Source of the DNA: Chiloscyllium plagiosum
Lineage: Eukaryota
Assembly (NCBI RefSeq): GCF_004010195.1
Contig: NW_025215379.1
Coordinates: forward strand, 53,961 to 113,956
Direction of reading: 5' to 3'
Length of the DNA: 59,996 bases
The notes below the pieces were generated by a model that saw only the letters and a program-made list of their open reading frames with translations, searched no databases and was not told where the DNA came from. This document shows positions 12,059 to 24,300 of this stretch, piece by piece (the first letter of the stretch is position 1; each line of letters starts with the position of its first letter). The position numbers were made by a program, and so were the translations under genes.

Positions 12059-12623
12059 TGAACCAGTGTTCCTAAACTATTTTTCAAATGTGAACTAATT
12101 TTAACACTTCACAGTTAAGTCACCACATGCACTAGCAAAAAGCAAAGCTGCAATAAAGCAACACAGTAACATTTGGCATCAAATTATTAAAATTATTTAT
12201 TATAGATCAACATGTAAACATGAAACATGAATCTGGTTTATAAAGAAATTTGTAAAGATATTGTTTTACATACTTAGGTAGGGTTGGAGCTAAGATTTTC
12301 CTATTCCCTGGTGACAGAAAACTTAATGAAGCCATTTAAAGCTTCATTTCCAGACACACACTACCTCTCCCATCATTGTATATATAGTAATCAGCACCTC
12401 TTCCTTATGCACAAGTAATTGGTCCCTCTACCTGTCGACTCAGTAATCAGCTCCTAAGCTCTCTGCTCCCCCTACACATGTGCTTTAATCAGCCCCTCTC
12501 TTTCAGCCCAACAGTCAAAATTCCCTCTTCCAATATCATCACCAACACCCCATCAGAGTTGCCAACCTGGAGTACACGATTCAGATTCTGAAGAATAAAA
12601 GCAAAAGCATACCTAAATTGTGA

Positions 12624-12827
12624 CAAAGTTAAAAATCACACAACAGCAGGTTGTAGTCCAACCGGGTTTATTTGGAAGCACTAGCTTTTAGAGCACTGCT
12701 CTAATGTTTGATGAATGAGCAGTGCTCCGAAAGCTAGTGCTTCCAAATAAACCTGTTGGACTACAACCTGCTGTTGTGTGATTTTTAACTTTGTACACCC
12801 AAGTCCAACACTGGCACCTCTACATCA
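12624..12827. mobile_element. Fold-back (inverted pLTR) Penelope-derived mini-element with 10-bp TSD
   Basis: Near-perfect inverted arms 12623-12701 / 12717-12794, a ~33-nt unpaired tail, and TSD TAAATTGTGA at 12614-12623 and 12828-12837. Hammerhead-like motif at 12708-12736 on +. Confidence 0.85.
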
Positions 12828-13754
12828 TAAATTGTGATATATATTTTAATACATCCCATCTTAGAATAGTCAAGCATGCAATTTAATTTCATGAAAATGC
12901 ACTTTTAATCTCAGTTCTTATCCTCTTTAAACTCATTGAGTTAGGTTGGCTAACTGTACAATTGACAACAATTTAAGTAGAAATTACGGTCAATTAACCT
13001 CTTCAAGTTTATCAATGCAACTTCCATGATCATGCTGGCTTTTCTATACTGACTGTGATTCACCAATAAAATTTAAGCTTCACAAGATGCAAAGAAGAGA
13101 CAAGTTCAATATCATAATTACAACTGTTAAAGCTATTCAGTATATCCTTCCTGTATTACATTAGATCTAATTACTCTAATCCAATTGCCCAATACTTCCC
13201 ACATCCCCACCCCTCCGACCCCAATCTATTCTTTTCACATTCCTTTCAATATATGCAGTGCTCATCTAAATTCTGCTAATCGTTGTTAGAATATAAAGTG
13301 CATTACCAGAAGAAGCTAGTCAGGCTTTGCTTTATAAAAAAAGAAGCATAGTAAAATTTGAAACTATCATTCACTTTCCAGCTTAGCCACACATCCTCCC
13401 AGTTTTTCCCACACTTACTCACTGCATGCTTGCCCACGTCTGCCTGCACCAACCAAGACATAAATTTTAGGTAAAATCACCATAGTCCCAGTGGATCATA
13501 GGACTACTATCTCAATAGATAAAGAGATGACTGGTGATGAGTTTAACCACAACAAGAAAAATCCTGAGCTTACTCAGCACTCTCTGATTAAAAGGTGCTT
13601 TTGAATCTGACTGCCTCTTTTCTACATGGTGACCAGCAGCCAATATATCCAAGATTAATCACAGTGACCATTGCTATAATGGCAAAGAAGGAGTCACTGA
13701 TCCCAAAGCTACCATTGTGTCCACACGAGGGGTAGTGGGCAATAATTGGAGAAC

Positions 13755-14001
13755 TGGATTAGTGGTGCTGGAAGAGCACAGCAGTTCAGGCAGCATCCGA
13801 GGAGCAGCAAAATCGACGTTTCGGGCAAAAGCCCTTCATCGGGAATAAAGCGTAAAATCGATGTTTTGGGCAAAAGCCCTTCATCAAGAATCTGAGGATT
13901 TTACTGCTCCTTGAATGCTGCCTGAACTGCTGTGCTCTTCTAGCACCACTAATCCAGAATCTGGTTTTCAGCATCTGCAGTCATTGTTTTTACCTTTTTT
14001 A
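13755..14001. mobile_element. Fold-back Penelope-derived mini-element with two tandem hammerhead motifs and 14-bp TSD
   Basis: Inverted arms 13754-13814 / 13897-13957; tail 13960-13994; TSD AATAATTGGAGAAC at 13741-13754 and 14002-14015; minus-strand HHR-like motifs at 13815-13842 and 13860-13887. Confidence 0.85.
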
Positions 14002-14900
14002 AATAATTGGAGAACCCCTATCATGAAGGAATAACTCATGGTCAACATGTCAAATATGTCTTGAAGAGGCATGCTCATGACATCATCACTGTATCATATC
14101 ATGGCATAATGATCTCATATTTCATCTTACATCAAATCACTTGAATCTCCTCTGCTGTAACATGTAGTTAACATTAGCTCTCAAACTTAGGTGCCCAAGG
14201 ACTGCAGTGTAATAACTGCATGTTGGATTTTTTTAGTGTCACGATGTCCACTCCTGGTTTCCTAAGTAGCCAGACATATAAGCATTGCCACATCAGAAAA
14301 GAAATACTGTTGAAGGCAAACTCAAGCCATGGTAACAACTATAGTCATCTATAAAAGATTCCACTGTTATGATTGCAGATACTTCATTAAAAGTTCATTA
14401 AAGACCAATCAGACAACAGCTTTGGACAACAGGAAACTCAGACAAACAAAGGGTTTCTCAGCCTTAGACAGCACCAGTTTATTTGGGAATGGCAAAAAGT
14501 GTAATCTCACACTTTTTTTCTTGAAAAAGCAAATGTTGTACTTATATTTGAATATATCTGTCTGTAATTTGGGGTTAGAATCTGATTCCATAAGAATACC
14601 ATTGACATGGTGCAAGCAGTTAACAAAATAGTAAGTCTGACAATCTTCTGAAATTGCCTTTCATTTCACTGATTCTGAATGTTATTATGTTGGAGCTTGT
14701 GTGCCTATTTACCACCTCCACTTAATACAAGCATTGTGGTGTTATATCATTTTGTTGGTCACTTGTACTTTGTTTTAGGGTCTGGCTTGGCTTTTGGCCA
14801 TGCATGTACAGTAAAATAGCTGATCTAATGTTCCTCATTTCCATTTTCCTGCCCTTTCTCTGTAATCCTTGATTTCCCTACTGAGCAAGTACCTATCTAC

Positions 14901-14996
14901 TTCTGGATCAGTGGTGCTGGAAGAGCACAGCAATTCAGGCAGCATCCGAGGACAGGCAAAATCGACGTTTCGGGCAAAAGCCCTTCATCAGGAATA
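14901..14996 (-). mobile_element. 96-bp Penelope-derived insertion with 14-bp TSD
   Basis: TSD AAGTACCTATCTAC at 14887-14900 and 14997-15010; same family as 13755-14001. Confidence 0.9.
14964..14991 (-). ncRNA. Minimal type I hammerhead ribozyme, intact core
   Basis: The minus strand reads CUGAUGA A GGGC-UUUU-GCCC GAAAC GUC: complete core, 4-bp stem II, palindromic ACGU in place of stem III. Stem I is weak. Confidence 0.7.
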
Positions 14997-15169
14997 AAGT
15001 ACCTATCTACCTCAACCTTAAATATATACAAGCCATTACGTCTGGTGTTTTCAGTTTCATACTTTCAAAGATCAAAGAGAAGATAGCTGAACTGACCCAG
15101 GAATAGTTGAGCACCTTAGAAAATGCACCATTATGTCATTCCCAATACCCTCCATCAATGCAGATCTTT

Positions 15170-15635
15170 GTAATTCATTCACAGGATAGCTAGACCAGCA
15201 TTTATCTGAAGAACATGGTGGTGGGCTGACATTTTGAATGAATTGCATCTTGTTTTTGCGAGGCGTTTGGCATCCAGACACCATTGCATCCGTAAGTGCG
15301 AGAAGGAATGGAGTTCCAGGATTTTGACCCAGCAACAGAAATAACAATTTGATTCAGATTAAGATGGTGTTTGCTTGGAGTGAATCTTGCATATGGTGGG
15401 TTCACTATTTCCTTGTCTTTCTCGCTGGTAGAGGTCACTGGTTTGGAGGATCCTGTCAGAGAATCCTTGGCGTAATAATGCATCAGATTGCATAGGTGGT
15501 ATACACTGCTGCCAGTGTGCTTTGTAGGTGAAGGGGGTGAACATTGAAGTTGGTGGATGGAGTGTCTAAAGCGTTTCTTTATCGTGGATGGTATCAAACA
15601 TCTAAAGTGTCATAGGAGCTACACTCATCCATGTA
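15170..15635 (-). mobile_element. 3' fragment of the CR1/L2-group LINE family of 1020-7025
   Basis: The reverse complement has SVAGSKSWNSIP and a tail like ...ataaatgctggtctagc...gtgaatgaat. Confidence 0.65.
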
Positions 15636-16239
15636 GCATCACCCAAGAAGATTAATTCATTTTTGTAATACAGGGATGAGCTTGATATATCTTAACAAGT
15701 TGCTTTCAAAAGCAAACAAGTACCTTGTCCATTTTAGACCACAGAATCCAAAGCACAGAACTAGGACATAGGTCTGTGTAGCAGCAAGGGATGAATCAGG
15801 ATATTCAATGACTTGTGAACATACCAAATGTATTAAACCTAGCACCCGAAGGAACCTCAACATCGACATGATGTTTCATCCACTCTTTGGATCAAAGTAG
15901 CAACAGACTTACTCACAATGCATGGGGAAGACTTCCTTGTCATGAATAACTTCCCTAAATGTTCTCTTTGTTCAACAATTTAACGACACAAAGGGCATGA
16001 TCCTCACTGATACGATGAGTTCGACTTTCAGTTTCAAAATCCACAAATAGGGCTGACTGGCAGACCCATTGTTTCTGCCTAATCCTGCCTCACGAAATTC
16101 ATCTATTCCTACCTCAAATCAATTTTTCCTCTCCTTATCCAGTCCCTTCCGACTTACATCTGCAATTTCTCTGATGCATTCCATTAGTTTCAGAATTCCC
16201 AGTTTGTGGGCTCCAGCTGCTTCCTCTTTGCCACAGAAG

Positions 16240-18212
16240 TGCAATCCCTCCACATGGTGGTCTCTAGGCTCTCCGCTCATTCCTGGAAAAAAGGCCTGAA
16301 TGACCCCATATTGAATCACCCTCCTCTGCCTGGCTGAGCTCATCGTCACCCTAAACAACTTCTCCTTTTAACTCCTCCCACTTTCTCTAGGTGAGAGGGG
16401 TGCCCATGGGTACCCGCATGGGCCCAAGGTATGCCTCTCTCATTGTGGGGTATGTAGAACATTCCTTGTTCCAGTCCTGCTTTGGCACCCACTCATTTTC
16501 TCTGATATGTTGATGATATCATCGGCGCTGTTTCCCTCTTTGTCAGGAATTGGAAAAGTTTATCAATTTCACTTCCAATTACCACCCTGCTCTTACCTTC
16601 ATCTGTTCCATCTCTGACTCCTCCCTTCCCTTCCTCAACAGCTCTGGTTCAATTTCCGGGGATAGGCTGGCCACCAATATCCACTAAAAACCCACTGACT
16701 CCCACAGTTACCTGGACTATACATCCTCTCATCCTGCTTCCTGTAAAAACTATATTCCATTCTCTTTGTTCCTCCATCTCCATCACTTCTGTTCCACTGA
16801 TGCCAGTTTCGACAATTGGATCTTTGAAATGTCCACCTTCTTCCCCAACCGAGGATTCCCTGTTACAGTGGTGATAGGGCCTTTACTACTGTCTAACCTA
16901 CATCCAACGCTACTGCCCTCACCCCTTCCCTTAGCTCCCACAACAGCAAAAGATCTCCCCAATCCTCACTTACCACACCACCAACTGCCACATCTATTGG
17001 ATTATTAGCTGCCATTTCTGCCACCTCCAGTGGGATGCCACCACCAGGCACATTATTCCCTCCCTTCAGCTTTCTGCAGGAGTCAATCTGTCTGGGACAT
17101 GCTGGTCCATTCCTTCGGCAATCCCAACAATTGTCCCCATAGCCTCATGGCACCTTCACAAGCAATCACAGGTGTAACTTCTGCCCAATTACTTCCTCCC
17201 TCCTCACTATCGCAGTACTCAGACACACCTTCCAGGTGAACCAGCAATTTACCTGCACATCACTCAATCTATGCTTACAATGTAGTCTCCTCTACATTGG
17301 GGAGACAAAAAGCAGACTGGGCGACTGCTTTGCAGAACACCTACATCCTGTCTGCAAAAATAACTCTGAGCCTCCAATTGCCTGCCACTTCCACACACCA
17401 CTGTGTTCTCTGGCCAAGATCTCTGTCTCAGGCTTTCTGCACTGTTCCACTGAAACGGTGGCATGGAGGTTCAATGGTTAGCACTGCTGCCTCACAGCAC
17501 CATGGACTTGGGTTCAATTCCAGCCTTGGGTGACTGTCTGTGTGGAGTCTGCACATTTTCCCTGTGTCTGCATGGGTTTCCTCCCACAGTCCAAAGATGT
17601 GCATGTTAGGTGAATTAGTCATGCTAAATTGCCCAGAGTGTTCAGGCTTGTGTAGGTTAGGTGCAGTAGTCAGGGGTGAATATAGGTTAGGGGAAATGGG
17701 TCTGTATGGGATACTCTTTGGAGAGTCATTTTGGACTTGTTGGGCCGAAGGGTCTGCTTTGACACTGTAGGGATTCTATGATTCTCAGTACAAGTTGGAA
17801 GATAGCATTTCACTTGTCTCTTGGGAACTTTGCAGCCTTCAGCACTTAATATTTAAATAATTTTAGGGCCTGAGTACCTTCTCCCATGTCCTTACCACAA
17901 CCCCCACACAAGACTTTGTCATCGCATCCTACAAACAACTCACTGTCAGCCACAAATGTCCCCATTAACAGCTACTAATCCTCTGAGACTAACCTGTACC
18001 CAATCCTTTGTTGGCCCAACTATTTTTCTCTCTCTCTAGGCTCCGTCTCCATCTATTACTTATTCTTCCTCCCTCCCAGCACCCCATCTTCGACATACAT
18101 GCCAATATTATTCTAGCTAAAATCAATTCTGAAGAAGGATCACTGGATTCAAAACGTTAAGTCTGCCAGATGTGCTGTGTTTTCCCACCAATTTCTGCTT
18201 TTGTTTCTGCTT
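16240..18212 (+). mobile_element. Penelope-like element (RT, GIY-YIG and terminus), decayed, interrupted by an HE1 SINE
   Basis: RT motifs LNNFSF, GVPMGTRMGPRYA and YVDDIIG (16350-16530); GIY-YIG LLYIGETKSRLGDCFAEHL (~17290); decayed hammerhead ctgaagaaggatcactggattcaaaacgtt (~18128-18158). Confidence 0.85.
17457..17785 (+). mobile_element. HE1-type V-SINE
   Basis: tRNA-like head tggttagcactgctgcctcacagc...gggttcaattcc, V-domain ctgtgtggagtctgcac...cccacagtccaaagatgtgc, and a LINE-like tail gggccgaagggtctg...gattctatgattct. Confidence 0.85.
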
Positions 18213-18444
18213 TCATTTTATTCAGCCTGCCTGATCATATGTCATCTGACCATGGATCACAGTGCACTGACAAACCATTTCAAGACATGCACTAAGTGGG
18301 AAGTAACCCAGGCCACATCACCTCCCCATTGACCACACTCAGTTTTGCTGAATATATCATATATACCATCAAATCAATGATCGAATATTGAACAACAAAA
18401 CAAGATATTGCATTTCATTGTTGCATTTTATGCAACACCAAAGG

Positions 18445-18501
18445 AGTAAAGATTACCATCTCTAGTAAAGATTACCATTTCTAGTAAAGAATATCCTCTC
18501 T
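18445..18501 (+). repeat. 19-bp tandem repeat x3
   Basis: agtaaagattaccatctct / agtaaagattaccatttct / agtaaagaatatcctctct. Confidence 0.85.
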
Positions 18502-18780
18502 AGCATAACTTATGTTTAGAAGACAGGTGCAAGTGACTTTGCCCAGCAACAAACTGGCTAACCACTCCAAGACAAAGAACATTCTTCTTCAAAGAGGGAT
18601 GATGGTGAAAGGGACACATGAAAAGTAGGCAGGTAGAGAACCACCAAAACTACTCACTGGGCAGAGGGTTAGAGTTGAAAATACAAATATTAGTACTTGG
18701 ATACCAGAAAAGTTTTTCCAAAATATGTAACCATTGAGATCATATGAAGTCATTTCTGATTGTATTGGAAAATTACAATG

Positions 18781-19393
18781 TGTGACGATGCTTCTCCTTT
18801 AACAAGATTTGGTTATTCTTGACTTTTTTTTTCAGAGGTCCTAAGAGACACAGACTCCGAGAAGTCTGGGGTTGATGGGTGTTAGGGCCAGTTTGATTAT
18901 AGCTAAGAGATACTACCTCAGGGAGAACGATTTCAAATTTTAAAAAAAGTACAATGAGAGGGAAGTGGCCAGTTCACCCAGCTCAGCTTTCCTCTGGTTT
19001 GATTTGGTTTGGTTTTTAAGAGCAGTGTGAAAAAAAGCTGCTGGACCCAGAGAAGCGTCTCCAGGCTGGTATTCTGTCTCTGACTTCTCTCCTGTAAGAA
19101 CTTGTGTTTGATTTTACGTTTTGCGCCAAGGATGGTTTTTGGGGATGGTTGCAAGTATTGGGAACAGCATCATTAACTCTAGGATAGGTTATGTTATTCT
19201 GTATTCTGCTCTCTTTTGTGTGTGTTACATTCAGTAACCTTGTCAACAAATTCTGTTTTGTTTAAAACTAAGTGGTTTGACCAGCAGCATTTCTCCTAGA
19301 ATATTCACTTTACACCTGCTCAAAACAACTAGCAAAGTTAGGGTCTGGGCTAACTTCTTGAAATGTTTTGAGAGATCTGGCTAGCTCAGACCA
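18781..19393 (+). mobile_element. LTR (solo or 5' LTR) of the Gypsy family at 21310-27143
   Basis: Starts TGTGA and ends ...CA; colinear with 26602-27143 (shared blocks agctaagagatact, cccagctcagc, gtgaaaaaaagctgctgg, aaaacaactagcaaagtt, gatctggc). Confidence 0.8.
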
Positions 19394-19728
19394 ATGTTTA
19401 GCAAACCAATGATGAACAAACAGATTTGGAAGAATGCTCTGGTAATGATAATAGCTAAGAGATATTTACGTTAAATGACAGCAACCAAGTTTCCAACAAG
19501 TGCAATAGAGTTCCAACAGAGAACAATGCATACCTTTCCAGACAGATGCATGATCACAGATTACAATGAATTGTGATAACCTAAAGCATCATATTCAAGT
19601 TTGAAATGTTAGTCTTGTAAACTCTGATTCACCTATTTGAATAATTAGTGAATTAAAACACATGCCTATGTATATTTAGTTAAAAATCGCACAACACCAG
19701 GTTATTGTTCAACAGATTTATTTGGAAG

Positions 19729-19763
19729 CACTAGCTTTCAGAGCACTGCTCCTTCATCAGGTG
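19729..19763 (-). ncRNA. Minimal type I hammerhead ribozyme, intact core
   Basis: Minus strand: CAC CUGAUGA A GGAGC-AGU-GCUCU GAAA GCUA GUG. Stem I CAC/GUG, 5-bp stem II, palindromic AGCU, predicted cleavage after CUA. Confidence 0.7.
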
Positions 19764-20174
19764 GTTGTGGAGTATAAAATCATACGACACAGAATTTATA
19801 GCAAAAGATTAAAGTGTCATGCAACTGAAATGATATATTGAACACACCTAGATTGCTGTTGAGTCTTTCATCTTTTAGAATGGGTTGCAGGTTTCAGTTC
19901 ATTAATATGTAAATCCCAGAACTTCTTTTAAGTCACCTTCTTGAGACAACTTAAGGTTTTATAACAAAAGGTGACATCTTAGCTCAGACAATGCATTAAA
20001 GGTGTAAGGTTGGAGTCTGTCTGTATCCCAGTCTTGAATCAGACTGGTTCTATTTCCAAAATGAAATGTACAAAATATTATATATATTGACTGCCTGCAT
20101 TGACTGACTGCAGATTGTACATTTTTGAGCAAAATAGAATGTATCTGTAAATACAAATTCAGCCCACAGACCTA

Positions 20175-20380
20175 TATGTGTGTGTGCATTTGAGAGTGTG
20201 TTTGCATGTGTAAAAGCTTGGTAAAGTGCGTGTGGGTGTAATGGATTATAAGCCTGTGAGAGGGTGTGTGCGTGGGTGTGAGTGTGGGGGCTGTGTGTGT
20301 GTATGAATAAGAGAAAGCGTGTGTATGAGAGAGGGTCTGTGGGAGTGTGTGAGTATGTAAGAATGTGTGTGTGAGAGAGA
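20175..20380 (+). repeat. Degenerate (TG)n/(GA)n low-complexity tract inside the PLE
   Basis: Interrupted tgtgtg and gagaga runs. Confidence 0.85.
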
Positions 20381-20631
20381 CTGTATAGTGCAGTGGGATC
20401 ATGTGTAGTATGACATGAACCCAAGATTCCAGTTCAGACCAGCCTCATGGGTTCCAAACTTGGCGATCAGCTTCTGTTTGGCCACTTTGCGTTGTTGCCT
20501 ATCCCAAAGTCCACCTTGGAGAATGGTCACCCAAAGATCCAAGGCTGAATGTCCTTGACTGCTGAAGTGCTTCCCAACTGAGAGGGAACACCGCTGTCTG
20601 CTGATTGTTGTGCGGTTTCCATTCATCAATT

Positions 20632-20980
20632 GGTGGGACAGTGACTCAGTGGTTAGCACTGCTGCCTCACAGTGCCATGGACCCACGTTCGATTCCAGGC
20701 TCGGGCAACTGTCTGTGTGAAGTTTGCACGTTCTCCCCATCTCTGTGTCAGTTTCCTCTGGGTGCTCCAGTTTCCTCCCACAATCCAAAAAATGTGCAGG
20801 TTAAGTGAATTGGTCATGCTAAATTGCCCATAGTGCTCAGGAATATGTAGGTTAGGTGCATTAGTCAGGGGTAAATATAGGATAGGGAATGAATCCGGGT
20901 GGGATACTCTATGGAGGGTCGGTGTGGACTTGCTGGGCCGAAGGGCCTGTTTCCACACTGTAGGGACTCTATGAGTTCTA
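20632..20980 (+). mobile_element. HE1-type V-SINE
   Basis: Colinear with 17457-17785: A/B boxes, V-domain, and tail gggccgaagggcctgtttccacactgtagggactctatgagttcta. Confidence 0.85.
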
Positions 20981-21309
20981 GCCTCTGCTTGGTCTCGCCC
21001 AATATACCATGCGTCCGGGCATCCTTGCCTGCAGCGTATGAAATAGACAACGTTGGCCAAGTCATATGAATATCTGCCACGTACACTGGTGGTGAATGAT
21101 GTCACCATGGGTAATGGTGGAATCCGTATCAACACTCTGACACATCTTGCAGTGGTTGCCATGACGAGGTTGTGTGGTGTTGTGGTCGATGTTGTCCTGA
21201 AGGCTGAGCAATTTGCTGTGAACAATCATCTGTTTAAGGTTTGGCAATTGTTTAAAGGCAATCCTGAGAAGATAACTTAAAAGAAGATCTGGGATTTACA
21301 CATTAATCA

Positions 21310-24300
21310 ACAGTTAAAATAATATTGACCTTTTGATTGTTGGTGGGTTAGGAGAAGCCCTGACAAGTCCGATGTAGGAAAACAGGATAAGGTGGTGAAT
21401 TTTGTTGGACTCATAACATAAACCACAGTATAGGCTAGAATGCTGCACCAGAATGTACAAACTCGTTGGAGGTTGGTTAAGGAGGAAGTGCCAGATCTTC
21501 TTAAACGATATACTTGCGAAAGTAAAGTTTATTCGCATAGGCCAGGAGCAGTAGCTAAAGAGGTTACAAAATATTAAGAGACACAGGATCCTCTCAATCT
21601 GTGACGCTAAAAGATGAGAGAGATATATCCTTGCCAGAAAAGGTACTAGTAACAGGTATTCACGGTGAGACAAGAAACAATCTATTATGTAAAGTGAGGT
21701 TAGAGTGTCCAGAGAAGAGAATTTGTGGTAGGAGTATTCAACAAACTCTCAAATCCAGGAATACAATTTGTCCTTGCTAATGATATCACTAATTCATCTG
21801 TAGAATGCTGCCTACTGTGGTTGAAAAGCCAGTGGAAACTCAGGCAACTGAACTTTGCAGGACAAATATCCTGGCATTTTTCCTGACTGTATGGTAATGA
21901 GGTCACAAAGTCATCAGCTGAAACGGGGAGATCAAACAGTACAGATAAGAAAATTGAAGTGGAGTTTGCAGAGATCCTGTTTGATCAGATGGTCGAGACA
22001 AGCCAGGAGCAGATAGATGACAATGCAAACATCGTTAGCTCAGATAAGTTAACTGAGTTACAGCAGAAAGATGAAAACCTAAAGCAATTGTATCAAAAGG
22101 CATACACAGAAAAAGAATCCAAATGTATCCTGAATGTTATTATCTTTAAAATTTTGTTTTACTGAGGAAACGGAGACAATCACATATTCAGGCAGATGAG
22201 AAGTGGGCAGAATCGCATTGCTAATGGATTATAGAAAGGAGGTGTTGCAAGTGGTACATGAGCTACCACTTGGGGGTCATTTAGGAGTGAGAAAACTCAA
22301 ACTAAAATCCAAAAACATTTTTACTGGCCTGCACAAGGATTTAGTTGAATTTTGTCAGACATGCCATACATGTCAGATAATTGGAAAACCACAGGTAGTA
22401 ACAAAAACCGCAGCTTTTTAATACCTGTTCCTACATTTGAGGAATCTTTTACAAGAATCTTAATTGATTGCATAGGTCCCCTACCTCAAACAAAAAGGGT
22501 GAATCTGTATTTGTTAACAATATTGGATATGTCGACTAGATTTTCAGAGGTTGTTCCATTATGCAATGTGATAGCTGAAAGGAGTGGAGAGGAATTTCTC
22601 AAATTTATCACTAGATATGGACTACTGACAGAGATACAAACAGATCAAGGGTCAAACCTCATATCAAAATTATTCAAGGAAGTTATGGACAGCTTAGGAA
22701 TAAAACAATTCAAATCTACTGTGTACCATTCAGAGTCACAGGTAGCTCTCGAAAGATGGCATCAGACATTAAAGGCCATGTTGAGGCTTATAGTGAAGAC
22801 TATCCAGATGATTGGGATAACAGAATTCTGTTTGTGCTTTTTGAGATCAGAAATGCACCAAATTAATCAACCAAGTTCAGTCCATTTGAATTAGTCTTTG
22901 GGCATCAAGTGAGAGGACCATTAAAAGTGATTAAGCAGAAATTGGTAAGTCAAAATTCAGAGACCCCCCTATTTGGACATTGTGTCAAATTTTAGGGAAT
23001 GATTAAATAGAGCTGGGGAGTTGGCTGGACAACATTTAAAAGTATCACAGCAAACAATGAAACAGGAAACAGACAAGAAATCAAAAATTCACAATGATAC
23101 GTGAACCTTTAAAAACATGGTTTAGTGGACCTTATCAAGTCAAAAGAAAATTGAGTGAGGTGAACTACTTGATAGGGACTCCAGTCAGAAAGAAATGTCA
23201 CAGAGTGTGTTGTGTGAATATGCTCAAAAGGTATTTTGACAGGAAGTAAGAGGGGAATATGTTATTGATTACAACACTGAGGGAAGAACCAAGTTCAGAG
23301 GATTCAAAATTGGAAATTACTCATATTAAATTGGACAATGAGGAAGTTCTCAAAAATTGGTATACATTATTGAGTAATCTTCCAGAGGAAAACTGAAATG
23401 ACCTGAAAGTTATTACTATCACATGGGGAGACATATAGAAATAAGCTGGGAAGTACTAACCTAATTATGCATGATGCAGATATAGGAGATTAAACAACAT
23501 CTTTATAGGTATAACCCTCTAAACTTAGCACAGGTTCAAAAGGAGATTGAACACATGCATTATGATGCCATAATCAAAGTGAGTTAGTGACTGGAGCTCA
23601 CCCATAGTAATGGTGCCAAAACCAAATGGTACCCAATAGTTATATGTGGACTATCACAAAGTCAGTGCAGTTACAAAGACTGATGCATATCTGAATCTGT
23701 GTTTGGAAAACCATGTTGAGAAGGTGGGACAACCAGTGGTGCAAGATGTACCAGGAAATAGATAGGGCATGTCAGAAAGGCAGGGTCACGATGATCATGG
23801 GGGACTTCAATATGCAAATTGACTGGGTGAATAATGTTGTCGGTGGATCCAAAGAAAGGAAATTCATGGAATGCTTACAGGATGGCTTTTTGGAACAGTT
23901 TGTGATGGAGCCCACAGGGAGCAGGCTCTTCTGGACTTAGTGCTATGTAATGAGCCAGACTTTAAAAAAGATCTTAAAGTAAGGGAATACATAGGAGGCA
24001 GCGATCATAATATGGTAGAGTTCAGTTTGTAGCTTGAAAGAGAAAAGGCAAAATCTGATGTAATGGTGTTACAGTTAAATAAAGGTAATTACAAGCGCAT
24101 GAGAGAGGAACTGGCGAAAATCGACTGGAAGCAGAGCCTAGTGGGGAAGAGCAACAATGGCAGGAGTTTCTGGGTGTAATGGAGGACACAGTACAGAGGT
24201 TCATCCAAAAGAAAGATTATCTGGTTGGGGGGAGGAGGTGAGATTAGACAGCCATGGATGACAAAGGAAGTCAGGAAATATAGAAGAGAGAGCCTATAAA

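Larger units (their letters stand above)
19678..21300 (-). mobile_element. Penelope-like element 3' part (GIY-YIG, TG-rich 3' region, hammerhead terminus), interrupted by an HE1 SINE
   Basis: Minus frames read NVVYFIRCRQGCPDAWYIG and MNGNRTTISRQ...KHFSSQGHS...QKLIAKFGTHEAGLN. The terminus matches the arm of 12624-12827. Confidence 0.85.

Noticed and set aside
12064..12080. cagtgttcctaaact, resembling a hAT/Charlie terminal inverted repeat
   Set aside because: No partner TIR or 8-bp TSD found.
12624..12827. MITE or pre-miRNA interpretation of the long hairpin
   Set aside because: The arms match a Penelope terminus, and the asymmetric tail fits PLE inversion.
17457..17530. tRNA gene
   Set aside because: SINE head continuing into the V-domain; the same applies at 20632 and 8836.
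18445..18501. CRISPR-like repeat
   Set aside because: Head-to-tail units without spacers in eukaryotic DNA; a simple minisatellite.
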